Under the pieces are notes generated by a model. The model saw only the letters and a program-made list of their open reading frames with translations. It did not search any database and was not told where the DNA came from. A stretch of DNA of 64,000 nucleotides, taken from assembly GCA_965248445.1 (NCBI GenBank), contig CBDFJG010000002.1, forward strand, positions 576,001 through 640,000. Direction: 5' to 3'. This document shows, piece after piece, positions 47,697 to 57,457 of this stretch (within the stretch, counting starts at the first letter, position 1; every line of letters begins with the position of its first letter). The stretch comes from Planctomycetota bacterium (GTDB taxonomy: Bacteria > Planctomycetota > JAJSAM01 > JAJVHW01). A program made the translations under genes and the position numbers.

Positions 47697-47840
47697 CTAC
47701 TTGCGAAACGCGCCGCGGTAGGCGCCGTAGCGCTTGCGCTGGCGCTTGATGATCTTGCGTCCGCCCTTGGTCTTGCTGCGGGCAAGGAAGCCGAGCGCAC
47801 GGCGTCGCTTGGTGTTGCTGCGGCGGATGCGGACCTTCAT
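47697..47840 (-). CDS. rpmH: 50S ribosomal protein L34
   Basis: MKVRIRRSNTKRRRALGFLARSKTKGGRKIIKRQRKR; GGAGG RBS upstream. Confidence 0.85.
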   Translation of the reverse strand: MKVRIRRSNTKRRRALGFLARSKTKGGRKIIKRQRKRYGAYRGAFRK

Positions 47841-48145
47841 CAAGACCTCCAGCTGCCCAAACCCTGGCCGAAAACGAAGCACGGTGGAAACACGGCGGGG
47901 CCGTCCCACCCCGGCTTCCCGGCTCCTGAGCCAGTTGCTACCAGTTCAGGCTGGGCAGCCCCGGAACGTAGTCGCGGGCCCGCCCTCGCGGGAAGATTCT
48001 CCGGGCCGGCCCCGGGCTCGCCGCTCCGGACCCTCGGGGCCAACGGGCCCAGGCTCGGGCCGAGGTCCCTCGTCCCGGCGGCCCGACGAGGCGAACCGTC
48101 CGGCCGAGCTGACGGCTGGCGAAGGGGACCACGCAGGTTTCACCC

Positions 48146-48174
48146 TTGACGACCCGCCGCGTCAGCCTCACACT
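48146..48174 (+). promoter_or_regulatory. Candidate sigma-70 promoter for the giant surface-protein gene
   Basis: TTGACG-N17-CACACT. Confidence 0.4.
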
Positions 48175-48453
48175 CTAGGAGCTGGCCGAGAAGCCGGCGA
48201 ACCGGGGCTAATAGGGCTATCAGGGTCGCAGGACGCTGATCCACACTGATCTTCCTGGGGCGGAGGTTCGTGGATCGGTGAGGCCAACTTCGGGTGACAC
48301 CCAGTTCTGTGACGCATTCGACACTTCACCAGCCGACAGAGACCGTCTTGCAAGAGACGGGTGCGCTGTCGGTCTGTTGTGTCGTATGTGCGCGCAACTA
48401 AGTCGCACGAGTGTGGTCCCGTGTCGGAATCGCGATTGAGGAGGAAGAGACTG

Positions 48454-51400
48454 ATGACGCATCAAGGCAACAACCGCCAGGTGCTGTGGGTGACGCTGTC
48501 GCTCGCCGCAACTTTGGGCCTCATGGTTCCGGGCGCCGACGCTCTCGCCGGCCGCCGCGCAAAGCGCCAAGTGGCGCAGGTGGGCAAGCTGCAGACCCCC
48601 GCCGGTCTGCAGGGCACGCGCGGTGCGGGCGACAACGTCGTCTTCCCCTTTTCCCTGACACACCGCAACCGACGTCTCTACGACGTGGAGGCGGAGTACG
48701 GCTGGGACGTCAATGGCGACGTTGTCATCAATGACGGAGTGCTGCTCCCGGGCCTGCCGGTCGAGTACTTCCCGATGACCGAGGATCGTCGCGACGAGCG
48801 CAACACCCGCCGCAACAAGGGCAAGCAGCTCTACCGTTCGGCCGGTGGCATCGGCGCCGGGCACTCCTTCGTCTGGCGTTCATCTGCGGACATCGGCACG
48901 GCGAACTTCCCGACGCTGCAGTTCCAGTTCACGCCCGACGGCCGCCCCGTTCCCGACCCGGACAACCCCGGGTCCTTCCTCTTCGCCGAGACGCTGCCAG
49001 GCGTCAGTGCTCGCTTCACGGCGACGCGGAAGAAGGGCAAGAAGGGCGTCTCCAGGAGCGACACCGTTTATCTGCGGAACTCGTTCCCGGCGAACAACAA
49101 CACGGTTCCCCTCCTGACCATCGACGCGGTGCTCCCCAACACCACGTCCGTCCCGACCGCCTCCGACGAGATCATCGAGATTCTCTGGACCGCCTATGAC
49201 GACGACTCCGAGGACCTCAACGGCAACGGCGTCCTGGACACTCAGGAGCTCGAGGACAAGAACGGCAACGGCATCCTCGACAACGAGTTCGTCAAGATCG
49301 CGATGGACTACTACCGCCTGCAGGCCAGCGACCCTGACCCGCAGACGATGACGGACGATGAGCTCGCGGCGTTGCTCTGGCTCCCGTGCACGCCCGCAGT
49401 CGGCGTCGGCGACCCGGTCACGGGCGCAGCGTCCGCACCGCCGGATCTCGACCCGAACACGGGTGCGATCCTGGGTGGCGGCATTCAGCACACGTACGCG
49501 TGGGACAGCAAGACCGACGTCGGCACCGTGCACGCGGACTTCCTCCTCCGCGCGCGCCCCAACGACGCGAAGCTCGAGCTGGGTGAGCGCGACTACCTGC
49601 GCACCGCGTTCACGATCGACAACTGGAAGATCTTCAACACGGCCGGCCCCCTGAGCTCCCTCCCCGGCGGAGCGGTCGGCATGGCGGTGGTCAACAACAC
49701 GCCGAACCTCCTCTACTCGGACATCCTGCTCACGACGCCTTCGCAGTCGTTCACCGTCTTCGGCGGTGCGGCTATCGAGGACGGCGCGGGCTCGAACCTG
49801 ATCGGTGTCGGCATCGTCAACACCGAGACGGCCGAAACCACGGCGCTCAGCATGGTCACGAGCTTCGGCACCCTGTCGACGCCTCGTTCGTACCTGACGG
49901 CCACCGAGCTCGATGACGGCCGCGTGCTTGTCATCGGCGGTTACAGCGGTGGCGGCTCTGCCCTCGCCACGACGGAGATCTGGAACCCGGTCACGCGCAC
50001 GATCGCGTCAGGGCCCAGTCTCAACGTCGCCCGTGCGAAGCACTCCGCGGTGCTGCTCGGCAGCGGCGACGTCGCCGTCTTCGGCGGCCTCGACGGCACC
50101 GGCGGCCCGCTCGACTCCGTCGAGATCGCCCGGTTCTCGCCGGAAGGCGCCCCTCAGATCGCGACCACTCTGCTCTCGGGTGCGAACTCGACCCTCACGG
50201 TCGCGCAGCACTCCCCGGCGGCGGTTCTTCTGCCTGACCTGACCGTACTGGTCACGGGCGGGATCAACTCGGCCGGCAACGCGGTCCAGTCGGCGCAGAT
50301 CCTGGATCCGCAGAACGACGAGAACCGCGACGGCCTCGGACTCGAGATCACGAAGGACCCGATCCTCGTGGTGGTGGGCGGCATGAACCAGGCGCGTAAG
50401 TCCGGCGCCGCGACTCCGCTCGTCCAGGGCCACGTGCTCTTCTCCGGCGGCTCGGCCCCGGCGACGGACACGCTGGAGATCTTCAACTACGAGACCCGCA
50501 CGTTCCAGACGGTCAACACGACCATGCCGGACGGCGGGCGCGCACAGCACTCCGCCGTGCGGATGGGCGACGGTTCCGTCCTCATCGCTGGTGGCACGAC
50601 CGATCCGGACAACCACACGATCGTCGGCGGAGCCGACATCTTCGTGCTGGGCGCCCAGGTCGGAAACACGTGGGACGCCTCATGGCTGCCGGTCAACGGC
50701 GACATGGTCACGCCCCGCCGCGGCGCCGCGGGCGTTGCGATCAACAACGGTCGCACGATGTTCGTCGGGGGCATGAGTTCCCTCGGCACGTCGATCGTCG
50801 AGATCGAGACCTTCACGCCCGAGAACGGCACGAACTTCCGCCCGAACACGCGCACCGACCTCACCTCTGACCAGCAGTCGTGGGCGTTCGGCGCCCGGAT
50901 CGTGTTCCGCGCCACGGACGCAGAGGGCGACCTGGTACGGGTCGTCACGCAGTGGTCCATCGACGGCGGTGACAACTGGCGCGCGGCGACGCGGAAGCCC
51001 CAGACGATCAGCAACCATCTGGCCACGCCGCTCGCGGGTCTCACGACGGCGCTGGTGGACGTCCAGACGGCGGCGATCAGCCCCGCGATCTTCCCGGTGT
51101 CCGACCGCCCGACCATCTGGGACATGGCGCGCGACATCTCCCGCCCGCCCCCCGGCGGCACGGACGGCCCCTACATCTTCCGCAACGTGCCCTACGGCGC
51201 GGTCCGCGGTGATGCGGCGCAGTCCGGTCCCGTCACGGTCCTCTTCAACGCCCAGGTCATCCCGACGATCATCCCGCTCGAGAACCCGACGACCGGCGTC
51301 CAGAACGTCAATCAGGGCGGCGACATCTCGATCTGGGTGCATCTCCGCGACATCGACGGTGCCATCCCCGGCAACGGTGACGACGCCGAGGCGACCATGC

Positions 51401-54400
51401 AGTTCGCGATCGACTCCGACAACAACGGCCTCATCGAGGTCGGCCAGGGTGAGTCCTGGCTTCCCATGAGCCGGCCCGGTGCGGGCGTCGAACCGCTCAA
51501 CCGTGGCGCGGGCCTCACGAACGACGGCGGAGCCGACGAGGTCCTCGCTCTCCAGACCTACTCCGGTGCGTTCGACGACCCGCTCTCGCTGGGTGGGTTC
51601 GGCGACCGTCCCGCGGACAAGGGCTGGTTCAACTTCATCTGGGACTCCGTCTACGACATCGGCGCACCGGTGGGCACGTTCTCGGACGTGCGCATCCGCT
51701 GCATCCCGCGAGACAACCTCGCGGCCGCGTTCCCCGATGACGGGCTCATCGCCGAGATGCGCAACACCGCCAGCGAGACGAACATCACGATCATCAGGCA
51801 CCCGGACGCGCTGTGGCTCAGCAGCTTCACACCGGCTGGTGGCAACCTCTCGGCCGTGGCCCCGAACGAACCGCTCCACCTCGACTTCAACGGTCTGGTG
51901 GATCCGGCGTCGGTCGACAGCACGTCCTTGATGGTCACGCGATCGGGCACCCCGATCCTCGGCCAGCGCGTCGTGCAGCAGAACGTGCCGGCAGCGGGCA
52001 TGAGCCGCATCACGTTCTATCCGCAGTTGCAGAACACGGCATTGGACGTCGACCAGTACTTCCAGAACAGCGATCCGACGATCCTGTTCCCGTTCAACAC
52101 CTACGACATCACGATCCCGGGGTACGCGGCCTTCGACGATCTGTCGGGAGGCCTCCCTGCAGGTCAGATCCTGCCGGACGTGAGCGGAGGCTTGCCTCCG
52201 TTCCCGGAGCCGACGTACCTCCTCGTGAACAACGTACCCGGAAGCGCGAGCTTCTCGACGATCTCCGGCCGTTTCCAGGACGGTCAGGTCGCTGACGTCA
52301 TCGCTCGCTCGCCGAGCGACAACGGCACGGTCAACCCCGACGGGACGTTCACGCTGACGTTCGACGCCGGCATCGATGTCGCGACGCTTCTCAACCAGCA
52401 GAACGTTGCCACAAGCAACGTGATCATCACGCTGTCCAACGGCATCAGCACGACGATCCCGGGCAACTGGACGATCGTCAACACCAACCAGCCGGACGGT
52501 TCGATCATCGCAACCGCGACGTTCACTCCGCTCGTCCGCCTGCCGGGCGGACAGGCGTTCACCGTGTCTCTCAGCAGTAGCTTCCTCTCCGCGGGCGGCT
52601 CGCCCCTGGCGGGCGCAGTGACGACATACAACGTCCCGGTCGGCGTGCGGATCTCGCAGTCGATCACCGAGGACTACGACACCCGCGCCAACGAGGACAC
52701 GGCCAACACGCTGGCGGCATGGCAGCGCGACGCTTGCAATCCCAACGTGCTGACCGGCCTCCAGGACGCGAGCACCCCGCCGCAGGGCGGCAACCCGCTC
52801 GTCGTCGCAGCAGGACAGACGCAGACCATCACGACGACCGTGAGTGACTTCTCGAGCATCCGGGTCGAGAAGGGTGGCACGCTCCGACTGCGCGCCAGTA
52901 ACCCCCCGACGATCCGAGCGACCGGCGACATCACGATCGATGGCGTGGTCGACTTCCGCGGCCTGGCCGGCTACTCCGGCACCAACGGCAACACGAGCGA
53001 GGCCGCGCGTAGCTACTACTATGCGTCGCGTGCGCGCGGTACCCGTGACGGCGGCGTGGGCTACAACGGTGCCGACGACGGCGCCGACTCGCGGTCCACA
53101 ACCCTCGCTTACGACGACGGCGACGACGCCACGGGCGCGTTTATCGACGGTGGCGGCAGTGGCGGCGAAGGCGATCGATGGGCCAACTCGACCACCAGCC
53201 TGCCCGGTGGAGGCGGCGGCGCGGGTGGCGGCCACGGCACAGACGGCAACGACGGCGGACGCGAGAGTCCGTACTCGGTGTTCAACGGCTGGGTGCCGGT
53301 CTCGGATGACGAGGCACAAGCTGGCTGGGCGGTCGGTGACGAGGACTTCGCCAACGGCATCTCGACGGGCGGCTCCGGCGGCGCGGGCGCGAGCCAGCGG
53401 TGGAGCGGCAGCTTCTATCACCAGGGTGGCGCGGGCGGCTCAGCCGCCGGCTCCGTGACGATGATCGCCGGCGGCACGTTCAACCTCGGTCCGACCGGCT
53501 ATATCGACGGGCGCGGCGGCGACGGTGGCGGCAGCGCCATGTACGCCGGCTCCGGTGGTGGTGGCGCGGGCGGCGCGTTCTGGCTCAAGGCGGGCATCGG
53601 CGCTGTCCTCGACGGCGTCATTGACCTGCGGGGCGGTCGCGGTGGTCCGAACGGCTACTCGTCGATGAGCACGAACACCCATGACGGCGCCTACACTTCG
53701 GGCCGGGCACCGGGCCACTACGGTGGTGACGGCGGCCTCGGTCGGTTGGTGGTCGACGTCGTCGACGCGGGCAACGCAGCCGCGGTCGACAACGTGCGCG
53801 TCTACGGCCAGATGATGGCTCGCCAGATCACCTCGATCCCGACGACCAGCGTCGGGGCCGGGGCTGCGCACTCCGGTTTCGGACCGGGCAACGCCACGAT
53901 CGCATTCGGCAGCACGGCGGCGGTCCACTACTCGGGCAACCTCGTGCAGGAGGGCATTGACACGCTGACCAGCACCACGCCGACGACGATCTTCGTGGAT
54001 GGCGACATCACCATCAACGGCACGCTGCGGTTGAACGGCGCCAACCCGGTCAACCGTTACTCCGGAAACTCTCAGGACCTCCACTTCAGCGGAAGCAACG
54101 TCGTCAGTACGCCGAGCACGCTCGAGAAGGGCGGCGTAGCCAACATGGGCGGCGCAGCCGGTGCGGACTCGCACCGCGGATCGACGACAAACAACAACAG
54201 CACGATGTGGCGCCGTGCGGGTATGAACGCCGCGGGGGCCCAGGGCGGCAAGAGCCGGTTCATCGGTTCGGCTGCGGGCTACGTGTGGTCCACCTACGGG
54301 TACTACTACACCGGGCAGAACGGCGGCGGCGGCGGCGGTAACGCATCCGACGGCCGTACCGGGTACATGCCGTTGGCCGTCCCGGGCTGCTACGACTGGA

Positions 54401-55467
54401 TCGGAAGGTTCACGGACACGACCGGCAACGGAAAGTCTGGCACGGCTATCGAGGCGGGCCAGTCGGCCGGCGGCACGCGGATCGATCCCGCGGGCATGAG
54501 TGTCTCCAACCTGTCGAACGCGAGCTATCAGCCGGGTGGCGGCGGCGGAGGCAACCTTGGTGGCTACCACTACCGTCCCACGTCCACTAACCGGGCCTAC
54601 TACGGATATGCCGGGTCCGCCGGTTCGTCCGGAGGCATCGTTGCGTTCGTGACACCCGGCACCATCACGGTGAACGGCACGATCGAGGCGAAGGGCGGCA
54701 ACGGCAACCCGCCGGGCGCCCCAGCCCACGTCGGCCAGATCAGTAGCTCTTGGGAGGGGCTCTCGAACTCTGGCGGCGGCGCGGGTGCCGGTGGAACCGT
54801 CCTCCTGACGGGCGACCAGGTGAACATCACCACGGCGACCAGTCAGACCTCCTCGGGGGCGAAGATCGATCTACGCGGCGGCATCGGTGGTGGCTGGCGC
54901 AGCCAGTCCAACACAGATGCATCCGCCCACAGGCGGTACCCGAGCTATGCGTCGTTCGGTAACTTCGGCGGTGACGGCGGCTTCGGGCGCCTGATCGTCG
55001 ATTACAAGACGTCGTTCAACAACGGGAACTTCGTGTTCAACAAGTACGGCCACCAGCAGGACGGCAGCGGGTTCGGCATCCCCGTCGATCTCGACGGCTT
55101 CGGGCGACAGGACCTGTTGGCCGGTACGGCCGTGGCACGGTGTGGTGGAGCCTTCGACGGCAACACCTACCAGTCCGGTTGGATCCGCCTCAACGGCCTG
55201 AACGACGTGGTCACCAACCTCGAGAACCTGATGACCTCGAACGTCACTTCGACGATCGAGGGCCAGGGCGCGCCGTATCAGCCGCACGCTCTCACCGTGG
55301 ATCCCACGGCATCGGGTCTCAGCGCATGGGTCGGACCGGGCTCTCTGAGCACGCTCACGGCCTACGGGTTCGTGCGGTACCGAGGTACGTTCGCGCGTAC
55401 CGGTTCGACGAGTCCTCCACCGGTCATCGGCGAGACGAAGGTCACGTTCGATACCGACGCTCCTTAG
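48454..55467 (+). CDS. Giant (about 2340 aa) secreted protein: Ca-binding DxNGNG repeats, Kelch-like propeller, Ig-like domains, Gly-rich C-terminal region
   Basis: GAGGAGG RBS, signal peptide; ARAKHSAVLL..GDVAVFGG-type Kelch repeats; LDFNGLVDPASV and LTFDAGIDVATL Big_5-like segments; GGGGAGG/IDLRGG repeats. Confidence 0.85.
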   Translation: MTHQGNNRQVLWVTLSLAATLGLMVPGADALAGRRAKRQVAQVGKLQTPAGLQGTRGAGDNVVFPFSLTHRNRRLYDVEAEYGWDVNGDVVINDGVLLPGLPVEYFPMTEDRRDERNTRRNKGKQLYRSAGGIGAGHSFVWRSSADIGTANFPTLQFQFTPDGRPVPDPDNPGSFLFAETLPGVSARFTATRKKGKKGVSRSDTVYLRNSFPANNNTVPLLTIDAVLPNTTSVPTASDEIIEILWTAYDDDSEDLNGNGVLDTQELEDKNGNGILDNEFVKIAMDYYRLQASDPDPQTMTDDELAALLWLPCTPAVGVGDPVTGAASAPPDLDPNTGAILGGGIQHTYAWDSKTDVGTVHADFLLRARPNDAKLELGERDYLRTAFTIDNWKIFNTAGPLSSLPGGAVGMAVVNNTPNLLYSDILLTTPSQSFTVFGGAAIEDGAGSNLIGVGIVNTETAETTALSMVTSFGTLSTPRSYLTATELDDGRVLVIGGYSGGGSALATTEIWNPVTRTIASGPSLNVARAKHSAVLLGSGDVAVFGGLDGTGGPLDSVEIARFSPEGAPQIATTLLSGANSTLTVAQHSPAAVLLPDLTVLVTGGINSAGNAVQSAQILDPQNDENRDGLGLEITKDPILVVVGGMNQARKSGAATPLVQGHVLFSGGSAPATDTLEIFNYETRTFQTVNTTMPDGGRAQHSAVRMGDGSVLIAGGTTDPDNHTIVGGADIFVLGAQVGNTWDASWLPVNGDMVTPRRGAAGVAINNGRTMFVGGMSSLGTSIVEIETFTPENGTNFRPNTRTDLTSDQQSWAFGARIVFRATDAEGDLVRVVTQWSIDGGDNWRAATRKPQTISNHLATPLAGLTTALVDVQTAAISPAIFPVSDRPTIWDMARDISRPPPGGTDGPYIFRNVPYGAVRGDAAQSGPVTVLFNAQVIPTIIPLENPTTGVQNVNQGGDISIWVHLRDIDGAIPGNGDDAEATMQFAIDSDNNGLIEVGQGESWLPMSRPGAGVEPLNRGAGLTNDGGADEVLALQTYSGAFDDPLSLGGFGDRPADKGWFNFIWDSVYDIGAPVGTFSDVRIRCIPRDNLAAAFPDDGLIAEMRNTASETNITIIRHPDALWLSSFTPAGGNLSAVAPNEPLHLDFNGLVDPASVDSTSLMVTRSGTPILGQRVVQQNVPAAGMSRITFYPQLQNTALDVDQYFQNSDPTILFPFNTYDITIPGYAAFDDLSGGLPAGQILPDVSGGLPPFPEPTYLLVNNVPGSASFSTISGRFQDGQVADVIARSPSDNGTVNPDGTFTLTFDAGIDVATLLNQQNVATSNVIITLSNGISTTIPGNWTIVNTNQPDGSIIATATFTPLVRLPGGQAFTVSLSSSFLSAGGSPLAGAVTTYNVPVGVRISQSITEDYDTRANEDTANTLAAWQRDACNPNVLTGLQDASTPPQGGNPLVVAAGQTQTITTTVSDFSSIRVEKGGTLRLRASNPPTIRATGDITIDGVVDFRGLAGYSGTNGNTSEAARSYYYASRARGTRDGGVGYNGADDGADSRSTTLAYDDGDDATGAFIDGGGSGGEGDRWANSTTSLPGGGGGAGGGHGTDGNDGGRESPYSVFNGWVPVSDDEAQAGWAVGDEDFANGISTGGSGGAGASQRWSGSFYHQGGAGGSAAGSVTMIAGGTFNLGPTGYIDGRGGDGGGSAMYAGSGGGGAGGAFWLKAGIGAVLDGVIDLRGGRGGPNGYSSMSTNTHDGAYTSGRAPGHYGGDGGLGRLVVDVVDAGNAAAVDNVRVYGQMMARQITSIPTTSVGAGAAHSGFGPGNATIAFGSTAAVHYSGNLVQEGIDTLTSTTPTTIFVDGDITINGTLRLNGANPVNRYSGNSQDLHFSGSNVVSTPSTLEKGGVANMGGAAGADSHRGSTTNNNSTMWRRAGMNAAGAQGGKSRFIGSAAGYVWSTYGYYYTGQNGGGGGGNASDGRTGYMPLAVPGCYDWIGRFTDTTGNGKSGTAIEAGQSAGGTRIDPAGMSVSNLSNASYQPGGGGGGNLGGYHYRPTSTNRAYYGYAGSAGSSGGIVAFVTPGTITVNGTIEAKGGNGNPPGAPAHVGQISSSWEGLSNSGGGAGAGGTVLLTGDQVNITTATSQTSSGAKIDLRGGIGGGWRSQSNTDASAHRRYPSYASFGNFGGDGGFGRLIVDYKTSFNNGNFVFNKYGHQQDGSGFGIPVDLDGFGRQDLLAGTAVARCGGAFDGNTYQSGWIRLNGLNDVVTNLENLMTSNVTSTIEGQGAPYQPHALTVDPTASGLSAWVGPGSLSTLTAYGFVRYRGTFARTGSTSPPPVIGETKVTFDTDAP

Positions 55468-55476
55468 ACACACATC

Positions 55477-55556
55477 CGACCGCCGCGGGCTCTGCCCGCG
55501 GCGGTCGCGCGAGCATGAGGCCGTCTGGACGTACGTCCGGGCGGCCTCTTCTCTTT
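55477..55556 (+). terminator. Double hairpin; the second is a probable intrinsic terminator
   Basis: 14-bp perfect stem 55477-55507; GAGGCCGTCTGGAC..GTCCGGGCGGCCTC followed by TTCTCTTT. Confidence 0.7.
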
Positions 55557-55660
55557 CGGGGCTCCTTGTCGGGCTCCCGGTCGCGCGGACACCCTGTCCG
55601 CTCCCGCCTCGCCCCGTGACAGTGTGTGCGTCGTCCGGCCGGGTCCTTAAGCTCGCGCAG

Positions 55661-56470
55661 GTGACTCCGCCGCGCGTCCTGACGATCGCCGGATCCGACC
55701 CCAGCGGGGGGGCCGGTCTGCAGGCGGACGTGAAGACGTTCCAGGCGCTGGGCTGCTACGGCATGGCGGTCGTGACCGCGCTGACGGCGCAGGACACGAC
55801 GGGAGTGCACGCCGTGCACCTCCCCGGCGGTGCGTTCGTGAGAGCGCAACTCGACGCGGTGCTGGGCGACTGCCCGCCCGCGGCCGTCAAGACCGGCATG
55901 CTTCCCACGGCGGACGTTGTGCGGACAGTTGCAGACGCGCTCCGCGAACTCGCCGCGGTGCGACTCGTCGTCGATCCGGTGCTCGTCGCGACCAGTGGAG
56001 ATTCGCTCGCGGACGAGAACGTCGTCGGTGCCCTGCGCGAGTTCCTTGTTCCGATGGCCGACATCGTGACGCCCAATGCGTACGAAGCGCGCGCCCTGAC
56101 CGGGGTCCGTGTCACGGATCCCGCCTCCGGACGCGTCGCTGCGTCTGCGCTGGTGGAACTCGGTGCGCGGGCGGCGGTCGTCACCGGTGGCGATGTCCGG
56201 GGTGACACCGTGTACGACGTGCTCGTCACCCGAGACCCGAGCGGCATGACGGAACGCGTGGCCCCGCGCATCGGGGCAGGCCCCACGCATGGCACTGGCT
56301 GCACGTTCGCCGCCGCGCTGGTAGCGCGGCTCGCACACGGCGCGTCCGTCCGCGACGCGTTCATCGCCGCACACGCGTTCGTCCGCACCGGGCTCGAGTC
56401 GGCGTTCGCGGTGGGGCGTGGCGCCGTCCCCGTCAACCATCTGGCTGCCCGCACGGAGGATCGGACGTGA
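55661..56470 (+). CDS. thiD: Hydroxymethylpyrimidine/phosphomethylpyrimidine kinase
   Basis: LTIAGSDPSGGAGLQADVKT, VKTGML, VVDPV, TPN..EA, THGTGCT. Confidence 0.95.
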   Translation: MTPPRVLTIAGSDPSGGAGLQADVKTFQALGCYGMAVVTALTAQDTTGVHAVHLPGGAFVRAQLDAVLGDCPPAAVKTGMLPTADVVRTVADALRELAAVRLVVDPVLVATSGDSLADENVVGALREFLVPMADIVTPNAYEARALTGVRVTDPASGRVAASALVELGARAAVVTGGDVRGDTVYDVLVTRDPSGMTERVAPRIGAGPTHGTGCTFAAALVARLAHGASVRDAFIAAHAFVRTGLESAFAVGRGAVPVNHLAARTEDRT

Positions 56471-57363
56471 GCGTGCCGTCGATTGCAGTCGTCGGAACGG
56501 GGCCGGTGGCACGGGCCATCGCACGCGGTCACTCCGACTGTGGTGGGCGCGTCGTCGCCGTGATCTCGCGGGACGCAGAACGCGCGCGCGCCGTGGCCGT
56601 CGGCGCGCGTTCGGAACGGGGGACGACGGACCTCGCAGCGGCGCTCACGGCGGACGTCGTGATCGTGGCCGTGAGGGACCGCGCCGTGCCGGCCGTGGGC
56701 GACCGCCTGGCGGCGCTGGACCGCGCCGGCGATTGCGTCATCCTCCACACGAGCGGTGCGCTCTCGGGCTCGGACCTCGGTGACGAACCCCTCCGCATCG
56801 GGTCGCTGCACCCGTTGCAGTCGTTCACCGAGCAGCCCGGCGCTGAGGATCCCGACGCCGCCCTGGCTGCGCGACTCGCCGGTGTGCACTGGTTCCACGA
56901 GGGCGCGGGTCGCGACGAAGCGCGTGCGCTCGTCGATGCGTGGGGAGGCGTGTTCCACGCACTCCAACCGGGGGGCAAGGCGCTCTATCACGCCGGTGCG
57001 GCGATCCTGTCGAACCACACCATCGCCCTGGCGCACGCAGCGACCCGTCTGTTCACACTGGCCGGAGTGCCGCCTGCGGATGCCGCACCACCGCTGGCGC
57101 GTCTGCTGACAGGGACCGCGCGGAACGTCGCGGAGATCGGGCTGCCCGGGGCGCTCACCGGCCCCGTCTCCCGCGGGGACGTGGCGACAGTCCACTTACA
57201 CTTGAAGGCGTTGCGGGACCACGCCCCGGAGTTGCTGCCGTCCTACGTCGAGATGGCGCGACTGGCCATCGAGGTAGCGGTGCAGCAGGGCGGCGTGGAC
57301 GCGGAGCGCGAGGTGGCGCTGCGCGCGGTGCTCGACGACGTCTCGCGCTCCGAGACGCTCTGA
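56467..57363 (+). CDS. Rossmann-like and DUF2520 domain protein (PanG-like ketopantoate reductase candidate)
   Basis: VVGTGPVA, HTSGA, SLHPLQSF, LYHAGA..SN, LTGPVSRGD.ATV..H. Confidence 0.88.
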   Translation: MSVPSIAVVGTGPVARAIARGHSDCGGRVVAVISRDAERARAVAVGARSERGTTDLAAALTADVVIVAVRDRAVPAVGDRLAALDRAGDCVILHTSGALSGSDLGDEPLRIGSLHPLQSFTEQPGAEDPDAALAARLAGVHWFHEGAGRDEARALVDAWGGVFHALQPGGKALYHAGAAILSNHTIALAHAATRLFTLAGVPPADAAPPLARLLTGTARNVAEIGLPGALTGPVSRGDVATVHLHLKALRDHAPELLPSYVEMARLAIEVAVQQGGVDAEREVALRAVLDDVSRSETL

Positions 57364-57397
57364 CCGGCAGACCGGTGGCGGTCGCCATGCGGTGTCG

Positions 57398-57450
57398 GGG
57401 CGGGTGGAACCCCGGAGTCTCAGTAGGGGCGGGGTTCCACTCCCGCCCGC
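57398..57450. repeat. GTAG-type REP (57423-57450) with partial inverted copy upstream
   Basis: GTAGGGGCGGGGTTCCACTCCCGCCCGC, nearly identical to 44136-44163; between convergent genes. Confidence 0.85.
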
Positions 57451-57457
57451 GGACTCG

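Noticed and set aside
48333..48372. c-di-GMP-I riboswitch call
   Set aside because: Has a GNRA-capped stem but lacks the GGCAAAC...GACGCAAAGC consensus and tetraloop-receptor arm; kept only as a generic structured leader.
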